Counted from the first letter of the stretch, positions 27,309 to 41,559 are shown. The stretch is DNA of 64,000 nucleotides from Macrostomum lignano (GCA_002269645.1 NIVC01002519.1:1-64000); one strand, 5' to 3'. Program-made: numbers and translations. Notes: generated by a model not told the origin, from the letters alone.

Positions 27309-30300
27309 CTACTGACAAAGCTGGCTAGTCAGTAGCATAATAAGCACCGACAAAAAATAATAGAAAATCAGATTAGAACCGAAGCCAATCATAGCGGCGC
27401 CACTGGTCAGGACGCGGACAGTTCCGGCGGACAAATCTGCCGCAGTCAACCTGACGCTGCTGATGGCGGCGCGACGCTGACGCGCCAACAAAACGGCGCC
27501 AGTAGAGGAGTCGCAGCCACGACAGCCGATAGCGTCGGATCGATTGCAAACGCTTCGATTGCAATGCACGTAGAGCTTGCCAGATGCGTCAGCTGTATTG
27601 AAACGGAATGCTAGAAACTGCAGGCCTACAATCCGATCCGAGACGTCAATTAGTCGAACATTGGCTGTTGGGCACCGGTTGACCAGCAGGTCGTAGCGCG
27701 GCAGTGAGCCACTATCAGGCCGATCAGTAGCCCAGCATTCCAATAGTTGCAGTCGCACAGACAACGAATCGTCAACATTTAACAGTCGAATCCGGGCAAA
27801 TATTGGTTGGCCCAACTGTACAGCCGATTGACGATGCTCGTTCAACGGCTGTTGGAATACGAACCCGCGACCGTCGGCCGATAGGGATAATCGAGCAAAT
27901 AAACCAATATCCGTGAGGAATTTTGCTTGGCCAGCAGATTCAGACATTGGAATTGAGGCCACGGCTACAGCCGGAGCAGCGAGGCTGTCCCGACTGGGCA
28001 GAGCGCACAGGATGGGATATTTCAATGGGATATCCGTGTATACCGGGGCAGATGAAGCTGAGTTTGAGATTGACGAAGCTGGCAATAGGCGGAGTTCCAT
28101 GCGGTACAACTGGTGAGAGCTGTTGTAGCCTTGGCTGACGTTGCACTCCGTGTAGGGCAGCTGCGGGGAGGAGGGAGTGTGTGGGGTGAGGGGCGATTCT
28201 GTGTGGGGTGAAGGGCGATTCTGTGTGGTGTGGGGGGATTCTGTGTGGTGTGAGGGGCGATTCTGTGTGGGGTGAGGGGCGATTCTGTGTGGGGTGAAGG
28301 GCGATTCTGTGTGGTGTGGGGGGATTCTGTGCGGTGTGAGGGGCGATTCTGTGTGGTGTGGGGGGATTCTGTGTGGTGTGGGGGGATTCTGTGTGGTGTG
28401 AGGGGCGATTCTGTGTGGGGTGAGGGGCGATTCTGTGTGGGGTGAAGGGCGATTCTGTGTGGTGTGGGGGGATTCTGTGCGGTGTGAGGGGCGATTCTGT
28501 GTGGGGTGAGGGGCGATTCTGTGTGGGGTGAAGGGCGATTCTGTGTGGGGTGAAGGGCGATTCTGTGTGGTGTGGGGTGATTCTGTGTGGTGTGAGGGGC
28601 GATTCTGTGTGGGGTGAGGGGCGATTCTGTGTGGGGTGAAGGGCGATTCTGTGTGGTGTGGGGGATTCTGTGCGGTGTGAGGGGCGATTCTGTGTGGGGT
28701 GAGGGGCAATTTTGTGTGGGGCGATTCTGTGTGGGGTGAAGGGCGATTCTGTGTGGGGTGAAGAGCGATTCTGTGTGGTGTGATGGTCGATTCTGTGTGG
28801 GGTGAGGGGCGATTTTGTGTGGGGCGATTCTGTGTGGGATGAAGGGCGATTCTGTGTGGGGTGAAGAGCGATTCTGTGTGGGGTGAGGGGCGATTCTGTG
28901 TGGGGTGAGGGGCGATTCTGTGTGGGGTGAGGGGCGATTCTGTGTGGGGTGAGGGGCGATTCTGTGTGGGATGAAGGGCGATTCTGTGTGGGGTGAGGGG
29001 CGAATCTGTGTGGGGTGAGGGGGATTCTGTGTGGGGAGAGGAGGGATTGCTAGACTGACACTAAACAAGAAATGCTTACATCCAGCCATACGTGAGTAGC
29101 ATTGGCGCCGCGAGCAGCTCCGCTGCAATTGGCCGCAGGGTGCACACCAGATGACTCCAAAGTCAGCCGATCAGCCGTAGTCACACCGTCAGACAATTTA
29201 AAAGCCACACGAAATGCCCGATCGCTGCACTCAACCGTAGCGTTTGGTCTCTTGTTAACGGTGTCGCCTTGTGGCAGACATTCCAGCCGGGCTAAACCGG
29301 ATTTGCAGCCGCCGCTGCTACTAGGAGCACTAACAGTTGTACAGTTGTCAAGCCAGTTGCCAGGAGAGGCAATAGCACCGTTGCTTCTGCTGCAGGTCAG
29401 TACAATGCCATCTGTTCTGGCATCGCTAGTGCTGGCTGGTAGACGGCTGGGTAGGCCGATGAACGAACTGGAAAAGTGCATGACTAGTGAGTGTACTTTA
29501 GCTGCCACTGAGGTGGAGTTCATCTGGTGGTTGAAAAGGGGCTATTCTCAGGGCGAATCTGAATGTGTCCTAAGGCCTAAGGGCGATAATCAATGTGTTC
29601 TATGGGCGATTCCCAATGTGTCCTATGGGCGATTCCAAATGTGTTTTATGGGCGACTCCAAATGTGTCCTAAGGGCAATTCTCATGTGTCCTAAGGGCTA
29701 TCCAAAACAGACCTAGTGGCAGAGAAGCAGAAAAGCAGATACTTCGACCTCACCCATAGCACAGAGCGGAGCAGAAAGCATGCGCCTCCGCTACACCGAA
29801 CTGATCTGCGCAAACGCTTCGCCCATCGAATAGCGGGCGGTTTCTGCGCAATTCAACAGACCGATGGCCGTACATTGAGCTGCCAATGTCAGCGCAACGA
29901 CTGACGCCACCGTTAGGGACTACGGGTGGAATTACAGGCACAGGCGATGTTCTTGCAGGTGAAGTAGGCAGCCCTGAGCCGCTGTGACAGCTGATCTGCA
30001 CCAGGTTCTCCGGCCTGCGGCATTGGCTGGGTATATCTCGGCCAATCACGTATTTACAAGCGATCGATAGATCCCAGGTGCTTCGTATGTTCAACTGTGG
30101 GGCGGAAAAATTCAAAGTAAACTACTATTAGTAGGCTTAAATATGCAAAGGCATCTAAGCACTTATCAGAATCTCAGCTACTATCATCAATCTACTCTAC
30201 CGGATTCATTAGCTACTATTATCAATCTACTCTACCGGATTCATTAGCTACTATCATCAATCTACTCTACCGGATTCATTAGCTACTATCATCAATCTAC

Positions 30301-31740
30301 TCTACCGGATTCATTAGCTACTATCACCAATCTACTCTACCGGATTCATTAGCTACTATCATCAATCTACTCTACCGGATTCATTAGCTACTATCATCAA
30401 TCTACTCTACCGGATTCATTAGCTACTATCATCAATCTACTCTACCGGATTCATTAGCTACTATCATCAATCTACTCTACCGGATTCATTAGCTACTATC
30501 ATCAATCTACTCTACCAGATTCATTAGCTACTATCATCAATCTACTCTACCGGATTCATTAGCTACTATCATCAATCTACTCTACCGGATTCATTAGCTA
30601 CTATCATCAATCTACTCTACCGGATTCATTAGCTACTATCATCAATCTACTCTACCGGATTCATTAGCTACTATCATCAATCTACTCTACCGGGTTCATT
30701 AGCTACTATCATCAATCTACTCTACCGGATTCATTAGCTACTATCATCAATCTACTCTACCAGATTCATTAGCTACTATCATCAATCTACTCTACCGGAT
30801 TCATTAGCTACTATCATCAATCTACTCTACCGGGTTCATTAGCTACTATCATCAATCTACTCTACCGGATTCATTAGCTACTATCACCAATCTACTCTAT
30901 CAGATGCTCAGCTACTATCATCAATCTGCCCTACCAGATACTTAGCTACTATCATCAATCTACTCTACCAGGTGCTCAGCTACTATCATTAATCTACTTT
31001 ACCAGATGCCTCAGCTACTATCATCAATCTACTTTACCAGATGCCTCAGCTACTATCATCAATCTACTTTACCAGATGCCTCAGCTACTATCATCAATCT
31101 ACTTTACCAGATGCCTCAGCTACTATCATCAATCTACTTTACCAGATGCCTCAGCTACTATCATCAATCTACTTTACCAGATGCCTCAGCTACTATCATC
31201 AATCTACTTTACCAGATGCCTCAGCTACTATCATCAATCTACTTTACCAGATGCCTCAGCTACTATCATCAATCTACTTTACCAGATGCCTCAGCTACTA
31301 TCATCAATCTACTTTACCAGATGCCTCAGCTACTATCATCAATCTACTTTACCAGATGCCTCAGCTACTATCATCAATCTACTTTACCAGATGCCTCAGC
31401 TACTATCATCAACCTACCCTACCAGATACTCAGCCACAGCAGCTCACATTAAAATCGTCGCAGTCCCTAATCGCAATAACAGGAGAGGCTGCAGGAGGCT
31501 CAGACTCAGAGGCGGATAGTTGAGCAACGTTCAGGGAGGCATTAAATCCCATTAGTACGCAGGCCAGACGAGTAGCGTGCAAATCAAATTTGCCAAGGTT
31601 GCACACCGGACCAGATGTGCCATCTGACAGTTCAATAACTAAGAAGCCAAAGTGCTGATTTGAACTGCCAGCATTAGTGTGAAAGCGAACATTTGTTGGA
31701 CGCGGCAAAGTGGACACAGCAGTAACAGTAGCTACGGGCA
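27309..31740 (-). CDS. SRCR-SRCR-ZP cell-surface/matrix protein (DMBT1-like, no CUB seen). Exons 31740-31448, 30094-29754, 29467-29080, 28160-27309; the 5' exon was not located.
   Basis: All three junctions are GT-AG and phase-consistent: DDFN|LNIR, CYG|SFIG, VWLD|LPYTEC. SRCR-like GPVCNLGKFDLHATRLACVLMGF and SVCADQFGVAEAHAFCSALCYG. ZP-C motifs LQLLECWAT, YDLLVNRCP, LQFLAFRF, LYVHCNRSVC. Furin site RQRR and a hydrophobic C-terminus. Confidence 0.88.
28175..29045. repeat. G-rich 21-23-bp minisatellite filling an intron of the ZP gene
   Basis: GGGCGATTCTGTGTGGGGTGA(A/G) and variants; occupies almost all of intron 28161-29079. Confidence 0.96.
29548..29700. repeat. Degenerate ~22-bp intronic repeat
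   Basis: GGGCGATTCCCAATGTGTCCTAT-like units within intron 29468-29753. Confidence 0.75.
30174..31432. repeat. 35-bp intronic minisatellite with two segregated variants
   Basis: Left block CTACTATCATCAATCTACTCTACCGGATTCATTAG; right block CTACTATCATCAATCTACTTTACCAGATGCCTCAG; transition at about 30890-31000. Confidence 0.98.
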
Positions 31741-34700
31741 CTGCATAGTTAAATAAAGGCACTTATTGATATTTCAGGCTCTTGAAGTAACTGCTCAATG
31801 TTTTAGTAAATAAGTTGAAGCCTCATGAAAACAGCAAACTTACACAATATTCCAAGAAAGGTTAGAACAAGAATGCTCATCTGAATTCTGAAATAAATGT
31901 CACAGGGTATGTTCTAGAAAGTAAATAGAACAAATAAAAATAGATGGATAGTTTTTTTCTTGTTATAAATGGAACATTGGAACTTAATAACAAGCTTATC
32001 ATAGAGGCTCAGCATAATTTATCTTTTTAGCTTAAGACACTTATTGTATAAAGTGACTGTCCTTTTATAACAATATAGTTTATCTTCTATCTTATTACTG
32101 TTTGTAAAGACTGGAATGAATGATGAAACTAAAAAATATTGGGCAATAAAAATAAATTAAAGAAAAGGCTAAATTAAAATTATAATCATTTTCTAATTCC
32201 ATTGATAACTACATCCTACATGCATAACTGTGAGCCAACTCAGCCAATTTAACTAGCAAAAATCATCACTAAAGTTACAAAACTAACTTGCTTTTAAAGT
32301 GGCATAGTCAGTGTAACATTATAGGTTATGTATATACTATAATTAAGTTAACTTGTTCAAAGCCAAAAAATATTAGACTAAAAATGGCCCACACAAAAAA
32401 GGTCTATATGCAAAACATCTATGGTTTAGAGGTGAAACATTATAATATTCAATAAATCAAATGCAATGCATCGAAACATGTCAGACATATATGCATGTGT
32501 CTACTAATTAAAATTAAGAGGATTAGTACATGTCACTAGTTAATTAATTAATGCTAAAGGTATATCTACGCTATATCTATATTCCATAGTCAGGAAAATG
32601 GAATTTTCACTGAAAATTTAGGGCAAGATAGGGCAGGAGTTGGTCAAGGGGATTCTAGTAACTTTGGCCCCCACTAGCTTGTCAACTTGCAAAAAAAGTT
32701 GACTTTATCTGAAAAGTAGAGCCTGAGACAAGTTGGTGTAGTTAATCTAATAGTTCAAATATAAATGTACATGCATGTATTAGAAGTAGTATCATGCAAA
32801 ATTTGAGATTTAATTTTTATCAGCTTCAATCTATATACTAAAAATGGTTTGTTGGTAGGTATCTATCTATCTATCTAGGTATATGATTGTCATACTTGGC
32901 AAAGTCAGAGTCAAGTAAGGCTAGGTCAGGGACAGGATAGGATAAGAAGCAACAAAGTAGTTGACTGCACTAAAGCCATGTTGCCTATTTGTTTGCTAAT
33001 CCTGCAATGTGGATCTAGATAAAAAATGAATGAATAAATAAATTGGACCTTAAGGTAGAAATTGTGACTAGGCTAAATGTGTTCCAAAATTTTCACATTT
33101 GGAAATTGAATATTTAAAGGTATCTAGTTCTATTTTTTAAAAAAATTCAATTTTCAATGATATTAGCCTTACATATATTATTTTTAGATATCAAAGCAAA
33201 TTTTAAGGCTGAGCTTTAAGGAATTAGGGCATTGAAACAAGTTTTTCTGTGATCTTGAATATATTCTAAGGCATACATGCCATGATTCTGACTATGGCCT
33301 GGAGGGGCCTATTAGGTTCTTTATGCACTAAATGTATATACGAGCTACATATAACCTTAATTTTGAAATTGTACCTTGAAATAAAAAAGTAGATACAGTT
33401 TAGATATGGTGTTAACCTATTTCTCTTTTAAATTTAAGCCTTATTTGCATAGCCTTTTAATAAGATCTAGAAAGGGAAAATAAAACAAGAGACCAAGGCA
33501 TTCTTTGGATACAAAAAAGATAAATAGACATGTCTATAGTCTTCTATATTCCAAGTTTTTTAAAATAAGGTAAGAGAAATTGCATCTAATTTTAGGCACT
33601 TTTTGCACCTTGTCTTTGGTAGAACTCAGATATTATATTTATATTGACAAGATTAGATATACATACAGTTGTTTAATATATAAGCTAAGTAGATCTGGTC
33701 TGGTCCCTTTAATGGTTTCCAATTTATTTGTCTATTGAATAGAAGAAAATATGGGTAGGCCCTAGGGGCTGTAGAAAAGTCAATGGCACAATATGGTGCT
33801 AGGCAGGCATGAAAAATAATTCAAAGGGTTGCTTGCACTTAGCAGAGAGAGAGAGAGAGAGAGAGAAAGAGGCAGATATACAGTCCCACATTTTTCCCTA
33901 AATGGAAAAGAAATGCAGTTTCTACTTGAACAACAAAAGATAAATTTGAAAAATTGCATTTCCAAAGTAAGTACAAGCAAAATAGCTATGGATAATAAAA
34001 ATATAGCAAATCAGAACACAAAGTTTCTACTAGGGATAAAGAAGAAGGATAGTGTTCTTTAAGCCTATCAATATCAATAGCAAGCATTGGATAGGGCTAG
34101 TAAGCAAGTTAGACCAGTCTATAGACAGCATGAAGATATGTATTTTTGTGTCACACAAGATTGTTACAAAAAGTGTATATAAGTGTGCAAGTTTTTTTCA
34201 GATTGCACAAAATATATCTAGAATTTTGTGCAAATAATTTATCCTTAGTCTTTCTAAAACCTTTTTCTCCAATAGCCTACTGATATATTTGTCATTTTCA
34301 ATAGAGACCAATATTTTTATACTAGCCTAGGCCTATAGCAATTTTTTTAATAATATTAAGAGGTTGGTGAGCACTTCCTATCTCACTCCATATCCTCAAC
34401 AACATTTGGCCAGCAGACTATTAGTAGACAACAATTGGTACCCCCTTTGCCTTTGTCAACTGCCTAATTGCAACAGTTAAAATGTGGTAGGGGTCCCACA
34501 TTCTAGAATATATAATATATGCCCAAAACTTTAGACATGCATTAGGCCTAGCCTAAATTTAGATATGCATAGTTCATAGTTGGCATATATGACTTATTCT
34601 TAAGAAAATAGTGTGTATGCACACTTAGTATGCATTTCATAGAATCAGAATCATAAGGAAAAGTAAGAGTTAAGTAAAAAAAAGATTGAAAATATTCATA

Positions 34701-36285
34701 TTTAAAGCCTAGTAAGATATAAATTTCCAGCTTTCTATGTTTTAAGCACATTAATATTATAATAATATTAAGGGAATTGTTATTTGTCCAATGACTAGAC
34801 AAATAGCCTTTTTGCTATTTGTCCAGTTAAATTGCTAACATAAGTATCTATTTGTTTAGTGATGAATATTCTAGATTTTTAAGACCTTTTCTCGTATCTT
34901 GATTAATATTTTGTTATAAATGTGGTAGCGGTACCTTTATTTCTTATAAACTCTGTTATCTTATAAAAGATAACACTTGTTTGCTATCTATAAGCTCAAA
35001 ACGTGTTCAATAAATCATTCTCAGATCATTGCTTAATTTCTAAAGAGTGTTGCAGAGAAGGTTGAAAGTCAGAAATTAAGAGTTCATGCAAAAGTAGAAC
35101 TAAGAGTAATCACTGTGACCCTCTAATCTTGATAACGCCCAGACTGGAAAGAGAGAAAGTACATACACCAGTATGACTGCTCAGGCCATATACTAAGAAT
35201 GCTACCAGAACACTACAAGAATGCTACCTAGAAATATATGAGATTCTAAGAAACAGTTAGAAACATTAAGGCAAAAATCTAGTGTCAGCAGTAGAAATTT
35301 AATAGAAAGAAATTAAAAACTTATTACAACTTGGTGGCAATTAGTGGGATTTTTGGAGGACAGAAGTAAGCCCTACAACAACTTTGGTGGCAGCAGTGGG
35401 ATTTTGTATCATACAGGAACACCACTATGACATATACTAGTACAACAGATTTGTGTAATGTGTATACAATTTGGCATAATTTGGTACACAAGACATACAC
35501 TAGTATAACATAATAATCAAGATACAAGTAGGAGTCTTTAAAGTCCAGGAATATTCACTCTTGTAGTTTCTGTAAAACAAGATATCAATTTAATTGGACA
35601 AATAACAAAATGCCTATTTGTCTAGTGATGAATAGAGAAAGATGCTATTATCCACTAACTGGACAAACAATCACATTGCTATTTGTCTAGTCACTAGACA
35701 AATAACAACTGCCTAATATTAATATTTGAAAAAAAGTTTGTGTGTATCAATTTTCATCAATAAAATAATAAATTAAAGTATCTAAATAATGAACCCAATT
35801 ATTAGCCAAAAGGGTTCTTTACAATATACAAAAATGGTCATTTACTAATGCAATGCAGAAAAGGTCTTAAATTATTGTTGCAATACTAGTCTAGATTTGA
35901 GAGTGCAGGCATGTCCGACTAAATTTTTTTGGCATGCATTTTTAGGCCTAACTCTTCAATCTGGGTTTTTTCATCCATAACTTAGGTGCAATTTTGCACC
36001 TTGTGCTAGATTTCAAGGTGCGATTTTTAAGACCAGGATGCGCTGCACTGCTGCAGACAAAAACTGGTCCAACACTAATAGTGTGTTTCAAAGTTTTTGT
36101 CCATCTAAACCATCCAATGATGATCCACATTCCAAATGCTTAACTTAATTGTTTGATCTCCTATAACACTAAATTGTGAAATCTGCATCATATCCTTGCA
36201 AAAAATTCTAGTGTGCTTTTCATATCCTAAATCAAATTTCAGGATTTTAGTTTTGCGGTTCAATTGGCTGTATTTTCATTCAAAT

Positions 36286-36535
36286 TTCCTTATGCTTGAG
36301 GGTCAAAAGCAGTCAATTTTGTACTTTTCCTTATGCTTGAGGGTCAAAAGCAGTCAATTTTGTACTTTCCTTATGCTTGAGGGTCAAAAGCAGTCAATTT
36401 TGTACTTTTCCTTATGCTTGAGGGTCAAAAGCAGTCAATTTTGTACTTTCCTTATGCTTAAGAGTCAAAAGCAATCGATTTTGTACTTTTCCTTATGCTT
36501 GAGGGTCAAAAGCAGCCAACCTGTACTTTTCCTTA
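36286..36535. repeat. 41-42-bp tandem repeat, about 6 copies
   Basis: CCTTATGCTTGAGGGTCAAAAGCAGTCAATTTTGTACTTT(T). Confidence 0.93.
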
Positions 36536-37499
36536 GGCTTTCCAGCTAATGAAACATATTTTGAACTGACCAATGCTCATGTACAGTGTGTCATTAACTA
36601 TATCCAATGCAATACTTATACCAGCACTCTCGCGCTCATTATTTAATCTTATGCTTTCTGGCAAAAGCATGCACTCATGCAATCGATATTTATTTAACGC
36701 GTCAATATTTAATCAATGCGATACAGTATTTTGCGTTTCATCTGATTTTGCAAATCCCAGTTTATTGTAAACTTTCCTTGCACACTATCTAAGTGCGGAA
36801 AGTATTCCTGTTTTCCCTTATGCTTTCCGGAGAAAAGCAACTAACTTGTAAACCTTCCAGTTTGATTTAGACTGAAGGTATCTCTTTCCAGTTTGCTAGC
36901 TTACTGTCTAAGGGCCAAACTGTCTTGTGCCCCACTTAGGTCAAGCCGCCTTAGATCCAAGCCTTGCCTTCAGCGGAAGGCATTCAAAGACTCCCCTTTT
37001 CTTTTCTTTGTTCTGATTTTGCTCGAGCCTAGGAACTCGTGAGGGCCGCCAGTTTGGCTCCTCTCCCCAGTGCTATTTGTCTACCCTATGTATTATATTT
37101 GTCTTCTTATGGAGCCCCCACATATGTTAAAGTGGTTGCTAACTTACTATTATTTCTATTATTCTATTTAAAAATTCTGTTTATGCGATTTTTAGTTTCC
37201 TAACCACCAACCTGCTTGATGTGAGCCATTCAAGGCATCCCATCTGATTCATTTGGCCCCGGACTCCTGTTGCGCGGTTATCTGTTTTATTACCTCTTGT
37301 TTTCATGTGCCCACCCTCTCTGTGTGCACTTGCCATAGAGTGCATGAGGGGTACTAGACAGCTCCTACAGTTGAGCCGTCCCCCTTTTTTCAATTGTTTG
37401 TTGGGTGCCGGGCTATTAAGGCCTCACTCTTACTCTGTTTGTTCTTTATGTCGTATTTCCAATTGCGCTATTATTTTGCTTGCGACTATTTTACTTTCA

Positions 37500-39405
37500 A
37501 TTTTGCATATATGGAGCCTAATCCAATGTGGGGAGGCGCCACCCTAGCTGTTTGTCCATCTCTATTGTATCTTCTGGAAGAAGGCGAGAACAAGCCTGAG
37601 AGGATTGCCGAAGTAGAGCCTCCAGCGCCACTGCCAAGCCTTGACGCCTAGTTAAACGGATATATATATGCTGTAAGGGCAGCCCAGACACCGGAGATCG
37701 CTGAGTTAGACATTGTCCAACTCTTGGAGCCCGACCATGATGTGCCGCCCCCGTTGCCGGCCGGCTGGTATGACAACATCAGTCCAGAGCTGCCTGCCAC
37801 TCAGCCACTCCACTGCAGGAGGCCTAGCTGCTGCCCACTACCGACCCGGAGCCTTTGCAGCTCCTAGCAGAACTGCTCAGCTAGGAAGTTAAGAGCAGTC
37901 TGGGCACCTGGCAAGTGAACGACTGCCGGAACTGGTCCAGTTTTGCCTGGCATTTTACTTTGTAAGCCACTGCCCTAGCTGTTGAAGTGGTAATTGCTCA
38001 GCTGGGGGAGTGCCTGAAGGATGAGCCGGGACTGCAGGTCGGCCCAACCTGCTGCCTTGTTGCTCTATCCATCGAGCAAGTGGCGGTGCACCGAGGCATC
38101 TCCCCCAGGCTAAAAAGTTTTTTTCGTAGCGCACACCTCGCTAGCTGGGTTGCTGCTCCTGATCAGCCAGCCAAAGCTGAGAATTCTGCCAATGCTCCGG
38201 ACCAACCGCCTAAAGCCGCCTGGCCCCCACGCCAGCACTGCAATGGTGATGGCAACCGCGGTGACCAGCCATGGTGGCCGAGCCCCTGCCAGCCGTGGCC
38301 GCTACTGATGTGGAAAGTGCAAGGTTTTGCAGACTTTTTTTTCTTTGTAAGGCATCCCCGTGCATGTGGCAATTGGGTTGCCATTTCATTTTTTTGTGAT
38401 TACTTTAATAATTTTTGCGTTCAATCTACTAAGTTTCTATGAATTTAATTACATGCCCCAACTCCCAGAAATTTTTGCATATTGTTTTCCGATAGTTGTT
38501 TATTTAGTCACTTTCCTGTATGTTGTCCTTTGTCCCAATTGTTGTTCCTCTAATTTGTCCCACCTATGAATCTATGTTTCCCCACTCTTGTTTATTATTT
38601 TTTTCTTTTAATTTCTGCGTAAAACTGCCTTTGCTCAACCTTGTGCCCACTTCCTTGCCCAACCAGCTGCCTAGCTTACTATCCAAGTTTTGCCCCTGTA
38701 GTTGGAATTTATACTAACTATTTATATTGCATGTTTCAAGCACTGCTAATACTCTTGCTCTCTCTCTTGCACTCACTCTCTTTTTATTCTTGCGTTTTTG
38801 TTATATTATTAGTTTGTTCATCTACCTTACTCTGGCTCTGCTCATCAAATCATTTCAATTGCACAATAAAAATTATTATCTGCCACTAAATATTATTTTA
38901 ATACTCAGTTAATAATAATAATAATTAATATTAAGCAATAATACTTTCATTAACTAATAAGAAGCCTAAAGTCTATTTTAAGTCTTTTGCCCATGGGGCA
39001 TAAAATAACCAAAGTGTCATCTCAAAGGAAGCTTTGAGACTATACATTTATAATATGTAAATTACAGTGGTGGCAGCAACTACCTTACTGAAAGTAACAA
39101 GCTTAAGAAGCCAACACATTAGATTATGGTGTCAGAATCTCCAGTGTTTATCAATTGAACGACCACGCTGCTATATGACCACTCCGCTATGATTGCAACT
39201 ACCCCCCCCCCTGGAACTTGAGGACTCGGCTGTTGGAGTGAAGCAGGAGAAAGTAATTTGTTGTGATTCTTTTGAGCGATTTTCCGGAACCATTTATGCG
39301 AACTCAACGCTGGCGGCAATTCAAACATGGAATTCGCCCCACCTCACTAGTGTCAGCAACTAATTTTCAAGTTAACCCATTCGAAGAAAACTTTCTTTGC
39401 CTCTA
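37500..39405 (+). mobile_element. Decayed retroelement-like sequence ending in structured repeat copy 2 (38955-39405)
   Basis: A stop- and frameshift-riddled Pro/Ala-rich coding-like segment (37540-38330), a pyrimidine-rich spacer, then the conserved ~450-bp block. No RT or recombinase motifs were seen. Confidence 0.5.
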
Positions 39406-39774
39406 TCTCACATGCCATTGTTTTTTCTTTAGGACATAAAATTTTTACTTGTAAAATTTTAAAGCTGAATATGACATTAGATTAAAGAATGGATCCCAAA
39501 ACATGAAGTAATTTTTTGTTCAAATTATCTGTTCAAAAGAAAATATATATTGGAAAAATATCTATCAGAAAACACACATAAAAATCTGTATGTATATTCT
39601 CTCTATTTAAAAGATACTATAGTGGTAGAAATTATATTTAAACATCTATTTCAAAGAAAGAAAAATGTTATCATAGGGGGCCTAGGCCTATATAAATTAA
39701 AAAGCTGTCAATATAAGCCTACTGGCAAACAAAAAAATTTTCTGTCTGCAAAAATATTATCTAGCTGAAAGTTT

Positions 39775-41069
39775 GGCGCATGACCAAGATGGCCACATAC
39801 CAAGATGGCCATAGCTTTAAGACTAAGTGTCTTAATAGATAATTAGATAATAATAAGCCTAGGTCTATATTTCACTTATTTCCTATTGGTAATAATTAGA
39901 GAAATAGAATAGGCCTAGCTAAAAAGATGCTATATTGGAATTGTATATATTAGGGGCCTAGGCCCCTATATTATAGTCATTCCTTTGGCTTTAGCTTTTA
40001 TTATAGCTTGACCTATATTATATTTATTTACTACACCAAGCAAGTAGCCTAACACAAAAAAATACCTTGCCTTGTTGTATATTTAATATTTATCTTAATT
40101 TTAGTATAGCATTACTAGTAGCAATGGTTTCTTAATAAACAGATGGTGATAGATTTGATAGATGTAATGAAAGGGAATAAATTGGCATAAACACTGAAAA
40201 AGATTAAAGTTTTTGTATTATAGGTAATTAGTTTCAAATCTATTATTGTGTGACAGTGTGATTCATAGAAGCGCGTGTATCATATTTCTTTATTTTCATA
40301 TGCATACCGTGCTACTACTGTATTCTTCCATTTATTTTAACAATATTTGTATATATTATTATTGCGCTATTTTTACTGTTAATTGCTTTGTTTTTTGTAG
40401 CCTCGTATGTATTTATTCTATTATTTGTATTTCATATATATATAGTTATTATTTCTCGTAAAGTAGTTCTACCTATGTACATATACTGACGCGATGTTAT
40501 TCTTGCACGATAGGCCCTAGTCAATATATATTATCGATTAATTTGTACATGTACATTGCGCGCCGCGTGGGGGGTTTTTTGTCTGGGTTTTGGATTAAGG
40601 GTGTTGTTGTTATCTGTTTACCTTTAAATATATGCTTATACTGCAGTCAGCAGCCGCTCTCGCCCTTCCCCTTGCTTTGCTTCTCGACCTAGGCTCGCTA
40701 ACCCTTAGCTGTGACGCTGTCTGGCCTCCTTACACCAACTCTTCCGCCGTCTACCTTGGCATACCAATTAGTTAATTGGCTGATCCAGCAATTTTAAGTA
40801 GCACTAGCAAAAGTCTAAGGGTTGAAGCAGCTTGCCGATCTGCTAACTAATCGTGAACTATCTAAATTAACCGCTACACAAATCCATCTTATTCGCCTTA
40901 CTCGTCACAATTGTATCAGTATTTACGAATATGATTGATTAAACATAATAATTGATATAACATAAAAGCTACTATGTTGCTAAATGCTAATTAATGATAA
41001 AAAGAGAGCAGAGCCAAAGAGATTCAATGTTGTGGCCATCTTGGTATGTGGCCATCTTAGTCTTATACC
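39775..41069. mobile_element. Non-autonomous TIR element with GG termini (Merlin/MULE-like)
   Basis: TIRs GGCGCATGACCAAGATGGCCACATACCAAGATGGCC and (reverse complement) GGTATAAGACTAAGATGGCCACATACCAAGATGGCC. 8-bp TSD GAAAGTTT at 39767-39774 and 41070-41077. Confidence 0.75.
40249..40909 (+). mobile_element. Intact solo LTR (661 bp) nested in the GG-ended element
   Basis: TGTGAC...GTCACA termini; 4-bp TSD ATTG on both sides. Internal TTTAAATATA followed by a CT-rich tract. The orientation is inferred. Confidence 0.8.
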
Positions 41070-41559
41070 GAAAGTTTTTGTTTAGTGCTAACTGCTAATT
41101 GCGCTAATTTTTTGTCTTGCACTGTACTGCACCGGATTCCCCCTGCTTGCTGCTGCACCAGAATACGCCGATGCAACAATGAGACTTTTTATATTACCAA
41201 TTCCAGAACTAGAATCAGTTTAGATCTTCTAAGAAAAAAAGCAGTATAACTATTTAACTTTGTTGAATGTTCGATTGCCTTAAAAGTCTCACTTTGCACA
41301 ATTTTTCACTTTCTTCTTGGCTGTTGCCATTCAATAATTACAACTTTAAAGCGTATATGTATATCGGACTAGGGCCTATGGCTATAATACCCTATATCCC
41401 ACTAGTTAAGCGTTAAGGAGACAAAAAGTTATACACTTAATAACTTTACAAATTTGATATGATTTTACAACCAGAACAAGCAATGTGAAAGGGCTTGGGC
41501 CCTAAATAGGGGTTTCAACCTACTTCGGCAAAAGTCAATAACGGCGAAAAATACTTCTG

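Noticed and set aside
14590-31523. Long ORFs with periodic peptides (LDCYGSGLAC, SVQDPPAETTGPY, PHRIAPH, MPQLLSSIYF and similar)
   Set aside because: These are open frames of stop-free minisatellites, often on both strands or in several frames. For the ZP gene, proper acceptors exclude the repeat portion (for example 28160 rather than 28709).
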